A DNA stretch of 58,823 bases from IMG/VR virus record IMGVR_UViG_3300009537_000010, positions 1 through 58,823 of that record; one strand, given 5' to 3'. The position numbers and the translations under genes are program-made. Positions within the stretch are counted from its first letter, which is position 1. The number at the start of each line of letters is the position of its first letter. Positions 1-8,726 of the stretch are shown one piece after another. The DNA comes from a virus. Taxonomy: Duplodnaviria; Caudoviricetes. Under the pieces are notes generated by a model. It was given only the letters and a program-made list of their open reading frames with translations. It was not told where the DNA came from and searched no databases.

Positions 1-48
1 TCATATGTTATATCTGGAAACTCTTCCAGAACCCTGGGAATGACTTCA

Positions 49-486
49 TCAGCTCTTACACAAGGTCCGCAGGTCTGTCTCCCATATTTTATCACTTTCA
101 TAAATCATTACTTTTAATGACTTTGGTGTTCTTGCTAAACCGTCTATGTGCAGTTTACCATCTGCTTTTAATTGTAGACAGTTAGCCAATGCTAAAGGAA
201 TAGTAGTTTTACCGTATCCACAAGCTACATATCCGTCTGCTACACCATAATATGGACCTAATGCATAACAGTTGTATCCACTTCTGTTCTGATGGGCTAA
301 GGTATCCATGTCTTCCCAAGGTAAAATACTTGGATCTTCAAATTTTACTCTACAGATGGTCTTCCAACCTGTATCCTCTGGAACTGGCATCACATCAGGA
401 GCTTTAAATTTTAACCCGTTACATTCCCATTCTGTTCCACCTTTTCTATCGCTACTCCATTTTGGAGTCTCTATTAAGTTATTCAT
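49..486 (-). CDS. hypothetical phage protein
   Basis: 145-aa ORF in a tightly packed, overlapping minus-strand gene run; no recognised motif. Confidence 0.55.
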   Translation of the reverse strand: MNNLIETPKWSSDRKGGTEWECNGLKFKAPDVMPVPEDTGWKTICRVKFEDPSILPWEDMDTLAHQNRSGYNCYALGPYYGVADGYVACGYGKTTIPLALANCLQLKADGKLHIDGLARTPKSLKVMIYESDKIWETDLRTLCKS

Positions 487-769
487 CTGCTGTAATTGTT
501 ATATTACTGGTTGGATTAGGAAACCACTCTATAAGTGGTAACACTTCATATGACACAAGTGTAGCTGTCACCTCAGATTTACCATATACTTCAGCTGCTT
601 CAGGCGATAAAGATAAAATTAAAGAGATAGTACTCGGTCTATATGTATTAGCAGATAAATTATAACTCAAAATATCCTTTCTTTTTAAAGAAAAAGATCC
701 AGTTAATAAATTTGCACTTATAGTGTAATCTTGTGCGTTAAGAATTCTCTTGTCTGTTAAAGTCGTCAT
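479..769 (-). CDS. hypothetical phage protein
   Basis: 96-aa ORF overlapping both neighbours by 4-8 nt (translational coupling). Confidence 0.55.
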   Translation of the reverse strand: MTTLTDKRILNAQDYTISANLLTGSFSLKRKDILSYNLSANTYRPSTISLILSLSPEAAEVYGKSEVTATLVSYEVLPLIEWFPNPTSNITITADE

Positions 770-1314
770 ATTAATTTCTTCTCTTGTTTAGTCTCACGTC
801 TGCCACCTTTGACAGTCGTATACTCTTTAGCCTTTAAGAACTTTTGCTGGATCTCAGCAAGCTCTTCATAAAGCTTAAGATTCTTAGATACTGCTGTATC
901 TATTTTGTTTATGTTCTGAAGGTATTCATCTCTATTAGACATTACACTCTTCAAAATGTTGGCTCTCTCTGTTAAGTACTCTTTAGTGTCCTTGAGGCTT
1001 TTTTCGATAGAGTCCATAAAATCATTAGGATAGGACTCTAAGCACTGCTTAATGAATGGATCTTCCCAGTCTGTCTGAAAAAGTTCAGTCAACCTCTCTT
1101 GTCTCTCTTTTATTCCATATCTAAAAAATATGTTAACATCTTCATCAGGATCACTCATAAAAGTGATTGACCACATCTCTCCTGAGGACTTAGTCTTATC
1201 TTCTGATTCATCTCTATCGTAGAGTAACGAATAAGGAAGGACAATAGCAACCTGAGGATTTAACTCCCAATAGTTAATGTCCTTCGTGAAGTTCTTGCAA
1301 ACCTTGGTTAACAT
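766..1314 (-). CDS. helical phage protein, possibly terminase small subunit-like
   Basis: 182-aa ORF with coiled-coil C-half and basic tail (VKGGRRETKQEKKLI); function is a weak positional inference. Confidence 0.4.
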   Translation of the reverse strand: MLTKVCKNFTKDINYWELNPQVAIVLPYSLLYDRDESEDKTKSSGEMWSITFMSDPDEDVNIFFRYGIKERQERLTELFQTDWEDPFIKQCLESYPNDFMDSIEKSLKDTKEYLTERANILKSVMSNRDEYLQNINKIDTAVSKNLKLYEELAEIQQKFLKAKEYTTVKGGRRETKQEKKLI

Positions 1315-1483
1315 GTCTAAATCCTATTTTTTTATCTGAATCTGAGAACTCATGCGTTACTTTAATATGTTCTTTGGAATATCTTATTCCGAAGAAATAC
1401 TTTCTTTCGGTAGTCTCGCTATGGGCAAGATTCTTATCTCTATCTACCCAGTTCAGATGCTGTTCGTATTCTCGTTTGTACAT
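1274..1483 (-). CDS. small hypothetical protein
   Basis: 69-aa ORF filling the gap between flanking genes. Confidence 0.45.
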   Translation of the reverse strand: MYKREYEQHLNWVDRDKNLAHSETTERKYFFGIRYSKEHIKVTHEFSDSDKKIGFRHVNQGLQELHEGH

Positions 1484-2015
1484 TTGCGCTAATTTTTAAA
1501 ACGTCACTCGTTCCATCTTCAAAAGTCACTGTTATGTGCTTGGTGGAAGTGTAAGGTTTTCGTTTCTCTCTTGCATTAAAAGTGATCTCTATATCTACAT
1601 TACCTTCAGTATCTGATTCTTTATGAGAGGTACATCCACAAGAGGCATATACTTTCTTGATTGACTTTGGTCCAAAATAGGTAAAAATAGTTGAAATTTT
1701 TCCTGGTTGGATATCTCCAAAATCATGCTCTAATTTACTCCACATATATCTTGATATTCTGGGATAACAAGCTGGTTGTTTTAAATACTTAAGAGCTTCA
1801 CAGCCTTTGGATGCAAAAAAGACACCTGGGGTGTCACATCCACATGCATAGCATTCTGTGTTTTCTAAGCATCTTTTTCCTTTAAAAAATCTATACCTAA
1901 TATGTCTCTTTACATGAGACCTAAGGACAGACGGAAAATAAATGTACAGGAACATTCGTAAATATCCCTGTACAAAGTAAAAAACGTTACGGAAGGACAA
2001 CCTGGACGTCAGCAT
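1440..2015 (-). CDS. DUF1573-like Ig-fold protein with N-terminal Cys cluster
   Basis: HDFGDI...F...ASCGCT...I.ITFNA...K.ITV pattern typical of Bacteroidota DUF1573; N-terminal CYACGC..C motif. Confidence 0.6.
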   Translation of the reverse strand: MLTSRLSFRNVFYFVQGYLRMFLYIYFPSVLRSHVKRHIRYRFFKGKRCLENTECYACGCDTPGVFFASKGCEALKYLKQPACYPRISRYMWSKLEHDFGDIQPGKISTIFTYFGPKSIKKVYASCGCTSHKESDTEGNVDIEITFNAREKRKPYTSTKHITVTFEDGTSDVLKISANVQTRIRTASELGR

Positions 2016-2616
2016 ATGGATCTACTAAAATGTACCCATAATGTCTGTTGTCAGGATCAGTCGGATACATCACCTTTTCATAATCAGGGTGGATAAAAGC
2101 GTTGGGAATTGCAATTCTGGCTTGATCACCTCCACCTTCAAGAGCAATTGGTTTACCTCGGAGAACTATTCGATCTCCCACTTTAACACCCATGTATTCA
2201 GTCTGAACACCTTTTTCATCCTTGTAATAAGGAATAGCAATAACTATTGCTTCTCTTGAGAATGGAAATGGATTTTCAATTGCTTGCATGTTTCCATACC
2301 CTGCCTGTGTTTTAGGCATATACAACTCAACAGAAGGGATTAGAGTACCTTCTTCTGTGCGCTTAAGTTCGTTAAGACGCATCTTGATCAGGATTTTATT
2401 AATAGGCCTGACTGTTGAGTACATTTCGTCCAGGTCTGCTAATCGTTTATTGTAATCCTGAATTTTGGTCTGAAACTCCTCATTAAAATCGAAGTTATCA
2501 AGTCTGGCTTCTTTTTCAAGTCCATTTTCAACCTCACTTTTACCTTGAATATCACTTAAGATATCCTTGATAGATGTGTCACTTTTTCTTTTTTGCCGTC
2601 CGTCTGGTCCACTCAT
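1987..2616 (-). CDS. GroES/Cpn10-like co-chaperonin with N-terminal extension
   Basis: VRPINKILIKM...AIVIAIP...GVKVGDRIVL resembles GroES IRPLxDRV...GxVxAVG...VKVGDxV. Confidence 0.5.
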   Translation of the reverse strand: MSGPDGRQKRKSDTSIKDILSDIQGKSEVENGLEKEARLDNFDFNEEFQTKIQDYNKRLADLDEMYSTVRPINKILIKMRLNELKRTEEGTLIPSVELYMPKTQAGYGNMQAIENPFPFSREAIVIAIPYYKDEKGVQTEYMGVKVGDRIVLRGKPIALEGGGDQARIAIPNAFIHPDYEKVMYPTDPDNRHYGYILVDPYADVQVVLP

Positions 2617-2860
2617 TGTAAATTATTTTTAAATATTGGTTTTTACTTAAGGTCCTTGCCATATATAAGTTCTCTTGTTTAGGAAAGAACTTCATGAATT
2701 TAGAAATCATTATTCCTTTTCCAGTAAGAAGAGGGTGGGAGAGATAGTATCTTAGAGATTTCCAGAATTCTCTCTCCAACACCCTAACCTGTTCAAATGT
2801 CAGCCCCGTTTCTTTTGCTGTGTAATATAAAATATCTGACTGCTCAGTAATCTTCTTCAA
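2579..2860 (-). CDS. HU/IHF-like DNA-binding protein
   Basis: DILYYTAKETGLTFEQVRVL..FWKSLR..L..GKGIMISKFMKF matches the HU/IHF helical region and I..FGxF-like strand; IHF-like genes are typical of crAss-like phages. Confidence 0.55.
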   Translation of the reverse strand: MKKITEQSDILYYTAKETGLTFEQVRVLEREFWKSLRYYLSHPLLTGKGIMISKFMKFFPKQENLYMARTLSKNQYLKIIYNEWTRRTAKKKK

Positions 2861-3089
2861 AATCCATTACAGCTTTAATGTCATCCATTTGAGATCCTAG
2901 TTCTAAATCATAATACTCATCTACTTCAATATACATACCATGATACATAGACAGATCTTCTTCAGGATCTATTTCAAGTTCTTCTCTAAGAATGGCCACA
3001 TTTTCTGGGGATAACTTTAATACCTCAGGCTGACCTCTATACATATCACGATATTCTCTTTCAAGAAAATCTATCTCGTCGCGTATCAT
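2844..3089 (-). CDS. acidic hypothetical protein
   Basis: 81-aa coupled ORF. Confidence 0.55.
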   Translation of the reverse strand: MIRDEIDFLEREYRDMYRGQPEVLKLSPENVAILREELEIDPEEDLSMYHGMYIEVDEYYDLELGSQMDDIKAVMDFEEDY

Positions 3090-3090
3090 C

Positions 3091-3306
3091 TTAGTCTTTT
3101 TTAACTGCTATTCTGCGTCCATCTACGGACTTTATTATTTCAATTACTACTCTGTCACCTTTTAACATTTCTAAAATAAGATCAGAATCAAAATAATGTA
3201 CATTCTCTTTTTCTATATCGCTTTGAAATGCTTTGATTATTTTTTCCCTATCATCTTTAATAGCTTTATCTACTAGTAACTGTATAGCGTCATCTAACAT
3301 GCTCAT
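3091..3306 (-). CDS. hypothetical protein
   Basis: 71-aa coupled ORF. Confidence 0.5.
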   Translation of the reverse strand: MSMLDDAIQLLVDKAIKDDREKIIKAFQSDIEKENVHYFDSDLILEMLKGDRVVIEIIKSVDGRRIAVKKD

Positions 3307-3680
3307 AATACATAAGGCAGTTTAAGTAGTATAGGAAACTCTCCTTTACTTCTTTCACTTCTAATATATTTTCTCAGAAGTTGAAGTTTGTCATGAGGAA
3401 TTATACCATCCTCAGTATATTTTAGAAATCCTTTCTCCATCAGACTCTTCTTAAGATGAGAAAGCTGGGCAATACTCATTTTTAAAGTAGCAGCTATCCT
3501 CTTATGAGAAGCTCTCTTGAAAATAGGCTTATCTATATTTCCTGCCAGGACTATTGATAGCACATCAATCTCTCTATCAGTAAGCACTTCATAGTTAAGG
3601 TTAATCACCTTCAGATATATATTCCAGAATTTATCTTCTGAAACGTTAATATCCTGACCTTTGTTTATATCAATTTCCAT
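3303..3680 (-). CDS. winged helix-turn-helix DNA-binding protein
   Basis: LTDREIDVL...KRIAATLKMSIAQLSHLKKSLMEKGFL is a wHTH signature. Confidence 0.65.
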   Translation of the reverse strand: MEIDINKGQDINVSEDKFWNIYLKVINLNYEVLTDREIDVLSIVLAGNIDKPIFKRASHKRIAATLKMSIAQLSHLKKSLMEKGFLKYTEDGIIPHDKLQLLRKYIRSERSKGEFPILLKLPYVL

Positions 3681-4158
3681 AATTTATTTCTATAGCTCTC
3701 CTCACCCATCCTGATAAGAAGACCTTTAATGATTTCTTAGCTTGAGCAAGATCAACATAGTATTTTATCCTCTCGACTGTCAATGCACTATTAAATAAAA
3801 ATGGAGCATTATCAAGAGCTTCCCTGGTTCTCTCATCTAAGACACCAGTTATCTCAAGGTTAGCATTTATCCTATTTAATGTTCTCTGTAAAGTCTTGAC
3901 AGCGTTTCTATTACCCATATTTACAGACATATCAAACATCTGTAACCTTACAGAGACAGGATAGTTTTCAATCTTATACTTATTCCAAAAGTCTCTTTTA
4001 TAGATTTCAACAGCTTGCTCTTTAGTTAAATTCTTAATGTCAAGATCAGGGTAACTTCGTTTGGTAATACCCCAATTAGTCTCACCACCAGGGTCGGAAG
4101 GATGATTAACATATCCACCTTCATGTTTTAAAACACTTAATATGGCAGTACTAAACAT
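3670..4158 (-). CDS. endolysin, glycoside hydrolase family 108 with C-terminal peptidoglycan-binding region
   Basis: HEGGYVNHPSDPGGETNWGIT, FDMSVNMG and FLSGWVRR motifs; start placed at ATG 4158 (ORF track 4191). Confidence 0.92.
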   Translation of the reverse strand: MFSTAILSVLKHEGGYVNHPSDPGGETNWGITKRSYPDLDIKNLTKEQAVEIYKRDFWNKYKIENYPVSVRLQMFDMSVNMGNRNAVKTLQRTLNRINANLEITGVLDERTREALDNAPFLFNSALTVERIKYYVDLAQAKKSLKVFLSGWVRRAIEINYGN

Positions 4159-4456
4159 TATCAGTAATTTTCCAGTCATTCGCATAAGCATCTTCTTTTG
4201 ACGGAGTCCATAACATCAAAGTATGGTCACCAGTAAACAGGCACAAATCCTGATCTTTATCAAAATATAACTGTCCTCTAGGCCAGGATTGCCGGGTTAC
4301 AGGTATTCCATTCTTAACGAAACATAGAGCCTGATAAAAGGTCAAGTTCTCTTCTTTCTCAGGTAAATCAAGATGCATAGAACTTCTAATCACATACAGT
4401 GTATCCCTCACAAGGTCAATATGGGATAGATCTGGTTGAATACCTCTTCTTTTCAT
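4151..4456 (-). CDS. DUF2829 / Tad2-like protein (putative anti-defence signal sponge)
   Basis: LTFYQAL..VKNG.PVTRQSW...WTPSKEDAYANDWKI matches the family pattern F.eAl..lK.G..v.R.gW...W.ps..D.la.DW. Confidence 0.7.
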   Translation of the reverse strand: MKRRGIQPDLSHIDLVRDTLYVIRSSMHLDLPEKEENLTFYQALCFVKNGIPVTRQSWPRGQLYFDKDQDLCLFTGDHTLMLWTPSKEDAYANDWKITDNV

Positions 4457-4460
4457 ATTA

Positions 4461-4479
4461 CAAATATACGAAAAAGTTT
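4461..4479 (-). promoter_or_regulatory. Bacteroidota housekeeping-sigma promoter (-7 element TAnnTTTG), copy 1
   Basis: minus strand aaactttttcgTATATTTG, 4 nt upstream of the ATG at 4456; no clear -33 TTTG. Confidence 0.7.
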
Positions 4480-4516
4480 CTGAATTTAACTATTATCTTT
4501 ACATTAAAGTAAAGAA

Positions 4517-4545
4517 AAGTTAAACCGAGCAAGATCGCTCGGTCA
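4517..4545 (-). terminator. intrinsic terminator-like hairpin
   Basis: minus strand accgagc-gatctt-gctcggt followed by ttaactttt. Confidence 0.55.
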
Positions 4546-4745
4546 AAATATGTTATGTTTTCAGAGCAAATCGGTATTTTTTAGCAGGTTTAGCCTAAAG
4601 GCGACATCCGAGAGTCATTTTCAACCACAAACCACATTGGGTAATGACATCTAAATATTTCCGATCTTTCAATGGTCGCATCTCAAGGAATCTCTATAAC
4701 TTGATGTTATCTCTAATTTGAGGCTTGAGAGTCTAAACCAACTCT
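4517..4745 (-). ncRNA. candidate ~230-nt structured small RNA
   Basis: no long ORF; bounded by promoter copy 2 and a terminator hairpin; internal stems agagt/actct, ctcaag/cttgag, gtcatt/aatgac. Confidence 0.4.
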
Positions 4746-4750
4746 GAGTG

Positions 4751-4769
4751 CAAATATACGAAAAAGTTT
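4751..4769 (-). promoter_or_regulatory. Bacteroidota housekeeping-sigma promoter (-7 element), copy 2
   Basis: exact 19-bp repeat of 4461-4479 (caaatatacgaaaaagttt). Confidence 0.7.
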
Positions 4770-4977
4770 TTGAAATACATACTTTAGTTGACAACAAAGT
4801 AAACAAAATAGCCACTTTTTTTACTAATATAGTGTTAATTATATGTTAAATATACTTTAAAAAGCCCATTCTACGGGCAAAAAAGGATATACCATGAGTT
4901 TTATCATTTTTTTTAATTTTTTTTATAATTTTTCAACATTTTTATTTTTTTTTATAATTTTAGGGGCATTTTATAAT

Positions 4978-5050
4978 CTTAAAGGATGGAACTTGTGTGT
5001 TTCTATATTTTATTTTGTAAGCTTAAAGAATGGAACTTGCGTGCTTCTAT
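4978..5050. repeat. 29-bp imperfect direct repeat beside a poly-T tract at the strand switch
   Basis: cttaaaggatggaacttgtgtgtttctat (4978-5006) vs cttaaagaatggaacttgcgtgcttctat (5022-5050), 3 mismatches. Confidence 0.75.
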
Positions 5051-5304
5051 CTAAGAAGAGACCCCATCCAAAATTTGAGCAGAGGGAATACCCCGTCAAT
5101 CGAACGGTAAGAGACTCCTTTTGCTCTATTATGTCACCTTTAAATTAAACATCATGTCACTAGGCGAATTGACCGACGCTGCTGATCAAGGCAATGACTT
5201 CATTGACTCATTGTTTGAGTGGTGACACTAAGTGGTCTGTTGATCTCTAAAAACAGACCCTTTCCATAGGTTGAGTATCTTATTTTTTCATCTAAATATT
5301 TAAC

Positions 5305-5706
5305 ATGAAGAACGGATTTGCTATTGTCGCGGCTAAGACAGCGACACTTTACAAGGATGAGGCCAAGACCGAGTTGCGTCTTGACAAGAACGGGGAAAGA
5401 CCGATCATCCTTATTCCAGTCGGTGGACAGATTCCAAACAGGAACGTCCTAAGCGGCACAGCGGCCGCAAACGCTGGATTTCAGTCCAACAAGACGTACC
5501 TTGCAACTTATCGGGAGACAACTCCTGATGAGGATTATGGACGTCAGTTCGAATGGACAATGGTACAGGAGATCCATAGTCCGATCGACGTGATTGACGG
5601 TTGTTCCAAGCTTGGCCAACCTGACGTATTCAACGTTCTACCTGAAGGGCAGACCGAAGAGACGTCAGTTCATGCCAAAGCTCAGGCAGCCACATTTCCC
5701 GAGTAG
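5305..5706 (+). CDS. first early gene, hypothetical protein
   Basis: 133-aa ORF, visibly GC-richer than the genome, followed by a terminator. Confidence 0.75.
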   Translation: MKNGFAIVAAKTATLYKDEAKTELRLDKNGERPIILIPVGGQIPNRNVLSGTAAANAGFQSNKTYLATYRETTPDEDYGRQFEWTMVQEIHSPIDVIDGCSKLGQPDVFNVLPEGQTEETSVHAKAQAATFPE

Positions 5707-5725
5707 AGATCGAAAGATCTCTTTT
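5705..5725 (+). terminator. intrinsic terminator
   Basis: agagatc-gaaa-gatctct followed by T run. Confidence 0.7.
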
Positions 5726-6239
5726 GAACCGACTAGCTAATAGATAGCTAGTTATCAAATGACCAGTCAATATGTAAACGAACTACAAAAGTAGTTGAGT
5801 GAGTAATTGGCTGGTCACATTTTATTTTGATTATTCTCAGGTTGTGGTGTATCAGTTGGGAACAAAGTACACGTTCCATAGTTGTAGGTTGATGCTGATA
5901 GGCCCTTAAATAAACTAACCTTCCATTTGGCACTGGGTGAGATACTAACAAGATACTTGACAGGCAAACGCCGCAAGATATCAGCTCTACATAGAGAGTG
6001 CCCTCTTGTAGAGTTATTTACTACTTCGATTAATCGCAGATATGTATTCTTTTTGAACAACAGTCTAACAATCAATAAGTTATGTTGGTAACATTAGCAA
6101 TTATCATGGTCACATTAGCCATATTATGGTTTATTTACCGTGAGTTTAGTCTCCAAAGAAGGAAGAACCAACCCCAAAAACTTCCAGATAATGAAAAAAG
6201 ATCAAATAAACTCCACTAACTTCAGGAAAAGATAAAATC

Positions 6240-6536
6240 ATGAACTTACAACACAAATCAATAAGCTATCTAACTAGTTTATACAGAGCTAATCATACTG
6301 ATAAGCAAATATGTGCTGAGATAGATGCTGAAGTGGATAGAAGGATTGAGAATGAGACAATACTCAAAGGTTATAAGTGGGTTAATGATCCAAATGATGA
6401 TTTTAGAGGTGATAAAGCACATCAAGAGAAATGTCTTGCATACACTGGTAATGCTGGTAAACATTTATCACTACGACCAAGAGGTTGGAAATACTCTAAT
6501 AATCCAGTGGTTTGTTTGGGACTTGTTCCACTATAA
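6240..6536 (+). CDS. hypothetical early protein
   Basis: 98-aa ORF with A-rich leader. Confidence 0.55.
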   Translation: MNLQHKSISYLTSLYRANHTDKQICAEIDAEVDRRIENETILKGYKWVNDPNDDFRGDKAHQEKCLAYTGNAGKHLSLRPRGWKYSNNPVVCLGLVPL

Positions 6537-7050
6537 AAAGTGAAGTCATCCTACACCCTAAGTTAGGGTCACAACAGAGAAGTTGGGGTTTAAAAACTCC
6601 ATGCTGAGCAATCATGTTAAACTGCTTATTTTTATTCATCTTTCAATACATATATCATGCAAAATTCATTTGACGAAGCAGCTCCATTATTCATAATTCA
6701 AGCAATCATAGCTATAATCCTCTTTGCAGTAGCAGTATGGGGAATGTGTCAATAAAGAGTTAATCTTATTAGATAACACAAGTCAAACCTTGGCTACCAA
6801 TAGCTTAATAAACTCTAAGATTATGTTCTTTGAAGGTATGCTTGAGACAGGGTATAAATACTGGATAAATACCAATTTACTCCCAGATATTGACACTAAT
6901 GACTGGTGTTGGTTAAGATATTGGCCTGGTAATTTCTTTGACACAAAGGAAGAGAGGGATTTAGCAATTGGAGCCATCAAGACATATCTTAAGTATAAAG
7001 ACTATTCATCATACCTTACGCTTCTCAATCAACTACTAATAGCTTAGCAT

Positions 7051-7443
7051 ATGATACTCACACATCACTCACCTAAACTAATAGATAATCTCATTAATGT
7101 GTCTCAAGATGACTATTTTAAACCAAATGGTCTATGGGTTTCAGTTGATGATGATTGGCGTAGATGGTGCGAACAAGAAGAATTTAATGGACTAGGACAG
7201 TATACATACATGTGTGAATTGAAGGCAAATGCAAACGTCTTACATATTAAAACATGTAAAGAGTTAGATCAGTTAACCGTAGAATATGGAATCATTGATA
7301 GGTATGGTAAGACAGTAATAGATTGGGAAGACTTTGCTTCTAAGTACAAAGGTATAATCATAGCTCCATATTTACATGAACAAAGATTTAAAACATTCTG
7401 GTATTACTGTTGGGATTGTGCTAGTGGTTGTACATACGAGTGA
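7051..7443 (+). CDS. conserved-looking phage hypothetical protein
   Basis: KPNGLWVS...W..WC...IDW...Y.GI...WDCASGC pattern. Confidence 0.65.
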   Translation: MILTHHSPKLIDNLINVSQDDYFKPNGLWVSVDDDWRRWCEQEEFNGLGQYTYMCELKANANVLHIKTCKELDQLTVEYGIIDRYGKTVIDWEDFASKYKGIIIAPYLHEQRFKTFWYYCWDCASGCTYE

Positions 7444-7557
7444 ATTTTAAGATAAAAGTAAGTGGGGAGCTTAGTTAGATATTCACAGTTTTCCTTAGAG
7501 GTATTTTAGACTTTATTTTAGGATAAGTAAACCACTTACTTTATAATTTCTAACATA

Positions 7558-7632
7558 TGCCGGATAGCTCACCGGGTGAGAGCGAGAGTTTGTGGAGCTC
7601 TAGGGTAGGGTTCGAGTCCCAGCCGCGCATCA
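7558..7632 (+). tRNA. degenerate tRNA-His(GUG)-like gene
   Basis: D arm gctc/gagc, anticodon arm agagt-ttGTGga-gctct, T loop ggTTCGAgtcc; acceptor stem has 3 mismatches and T stem one. Confidence 0.55.
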
Positions 7633-7651
7633 GTGTATAAAATGATATATT

Positions 7652-8257
7652 ATGAGAGAAGTAATCATCCCTGGGACTGATTGTAGATATACAATTGGTG
7701 AAGATGGAGAAATGTATTCATATTATGGTAACAGAAAGAGATTAAAAAAGCGGCTTGACAAACTTGGTATAGCAACAGTAAAAGTGCGCTTCCATAACAA
7801 GGATGTAACTTATTACATATCACTTCTTATGAGAGATGCATTTAATTTAACACCACCAGATAGTTATCACTTATACCATCTTACTACTATAGATGGTGAT
7901 CCATTCAATAATTGTCTTAACAATTTACATTTTAGGAAAAGATTAAACACTAACTATCCGTTTTATCCAGAAACATTCTATAATTTTAAGGGAGAACTAA
8001 TACATAAAACCTGTGGTAAATGTGGAGATACTAGAGAGATAAAACATTTCCCAAAAGTACCAAGTAAACAAAAAGGAGCTTTTACATATGCTAATAGTTG
8101 TTACAGGTGTGTACCACGTATAACAGGTAAGGAAACACTTGCACCTTACTATATTGCTAAAAATCTTAGACTACATGTAAGTGATCTTACACCTGAAGTC
8201 ATCAGAATATATAAAAAGAAAAAGAATTTACAAAATCATCTAAAAACTTTATCATGA
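7652..8257 (+). CDS. NUMOD4/HNH-like protein with C-terminal CxxC...CxxC zinc site
   Basis: IPG...YTIGEDGEMYS (NUMOD4-like), IDGDPFNNCLNNL (HNH_3-like, catalytic His apparently missing), CGKC and CYRC. Confidence 0.55.
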   Translation: MREVIIPGTDCRYTIGEDGEMYSYYGNRKRLKKRLDKLGIATVKVRFHNKDVTYYISLLMRDAFNLTPPDSYHLYHLTTIDGDPFNNCLNNLHFRKRLNTNYPFYPETFYNFKGELIHKTCGKCGDTREIKHFPKVPSKQKGAFTYANSCYRCVPRITGKETLAPYYIAKNLRLHVSDLTPEVIRIYKKKKNLQNHLKTLS

Positions 8258-8460
8258 AACCTCAAGGAGCACGGAAAATCATTAGAAACACTGAGAACAT
8301 GGGTGACACTTTATATAACAAGTTCACAAAAACTCAGGACTTAAAAGTAGCTCAAACTGCTCTATCAGCTTATAGAGTAGCATTAGCCATAGCTAAAGGA
8401 GAGTTACAACATAAGAAACTCACTGGAGAACCCGCTAAGATTGATTTCTTTAAAAAATAG
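8254..8460 (+). CDS. hypothetical protein
   Basis: 68-aa coupled ORF. Confidence 0.55.
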   Translation: MKPQGARKIIRNTENMGDTLYNKFTKTQDLKVAQTALSAYRVALAIAKGELQHKKLTGEPAKIDFFKK

Positions 8461-8462
8461 CA

Positions 8463-8720
8463 ATGAAAACATTATATGATCGAATCGTTATAGTCTTCAA
8501 AGCAATAATGTTCTTACTATTTGTAGTGAGACCTGTATATATTGTTTTTACTACAGACACACAACCATTTCAGGGAAATGATGTACACTGGTGGGAGATA
8601 ATATTACTAATTGAGACATTCATCTTTGTTTTTGTACTTGTTAAGTTAACTTATGATAAAGTTGAAGGATGGTTAGAGAGTTTTAAAGAGTATGTTAATT
8701 CATTTGAAAAAGAAAAATAA
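8463..8720 (+). CDS. small two-TM membrane protein
   Basis: two hydrophobic stretches. Confidence 0.55.
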   Translation: MKTLYDRIVIVFKAIMFLLFVVRPVYIVFTTDTQPFQGNDVHWWEIILLIETFIFVFVLVKLTYDKVEGWLESFKEYVNSFEKEK

Positions 8721-8726
8721 ATTTAC

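Noticed and set aside
4894-5148. 84-aa Phe-rich ORF
   Set aside because: Product of the poly-T low-complexity tract in the control region
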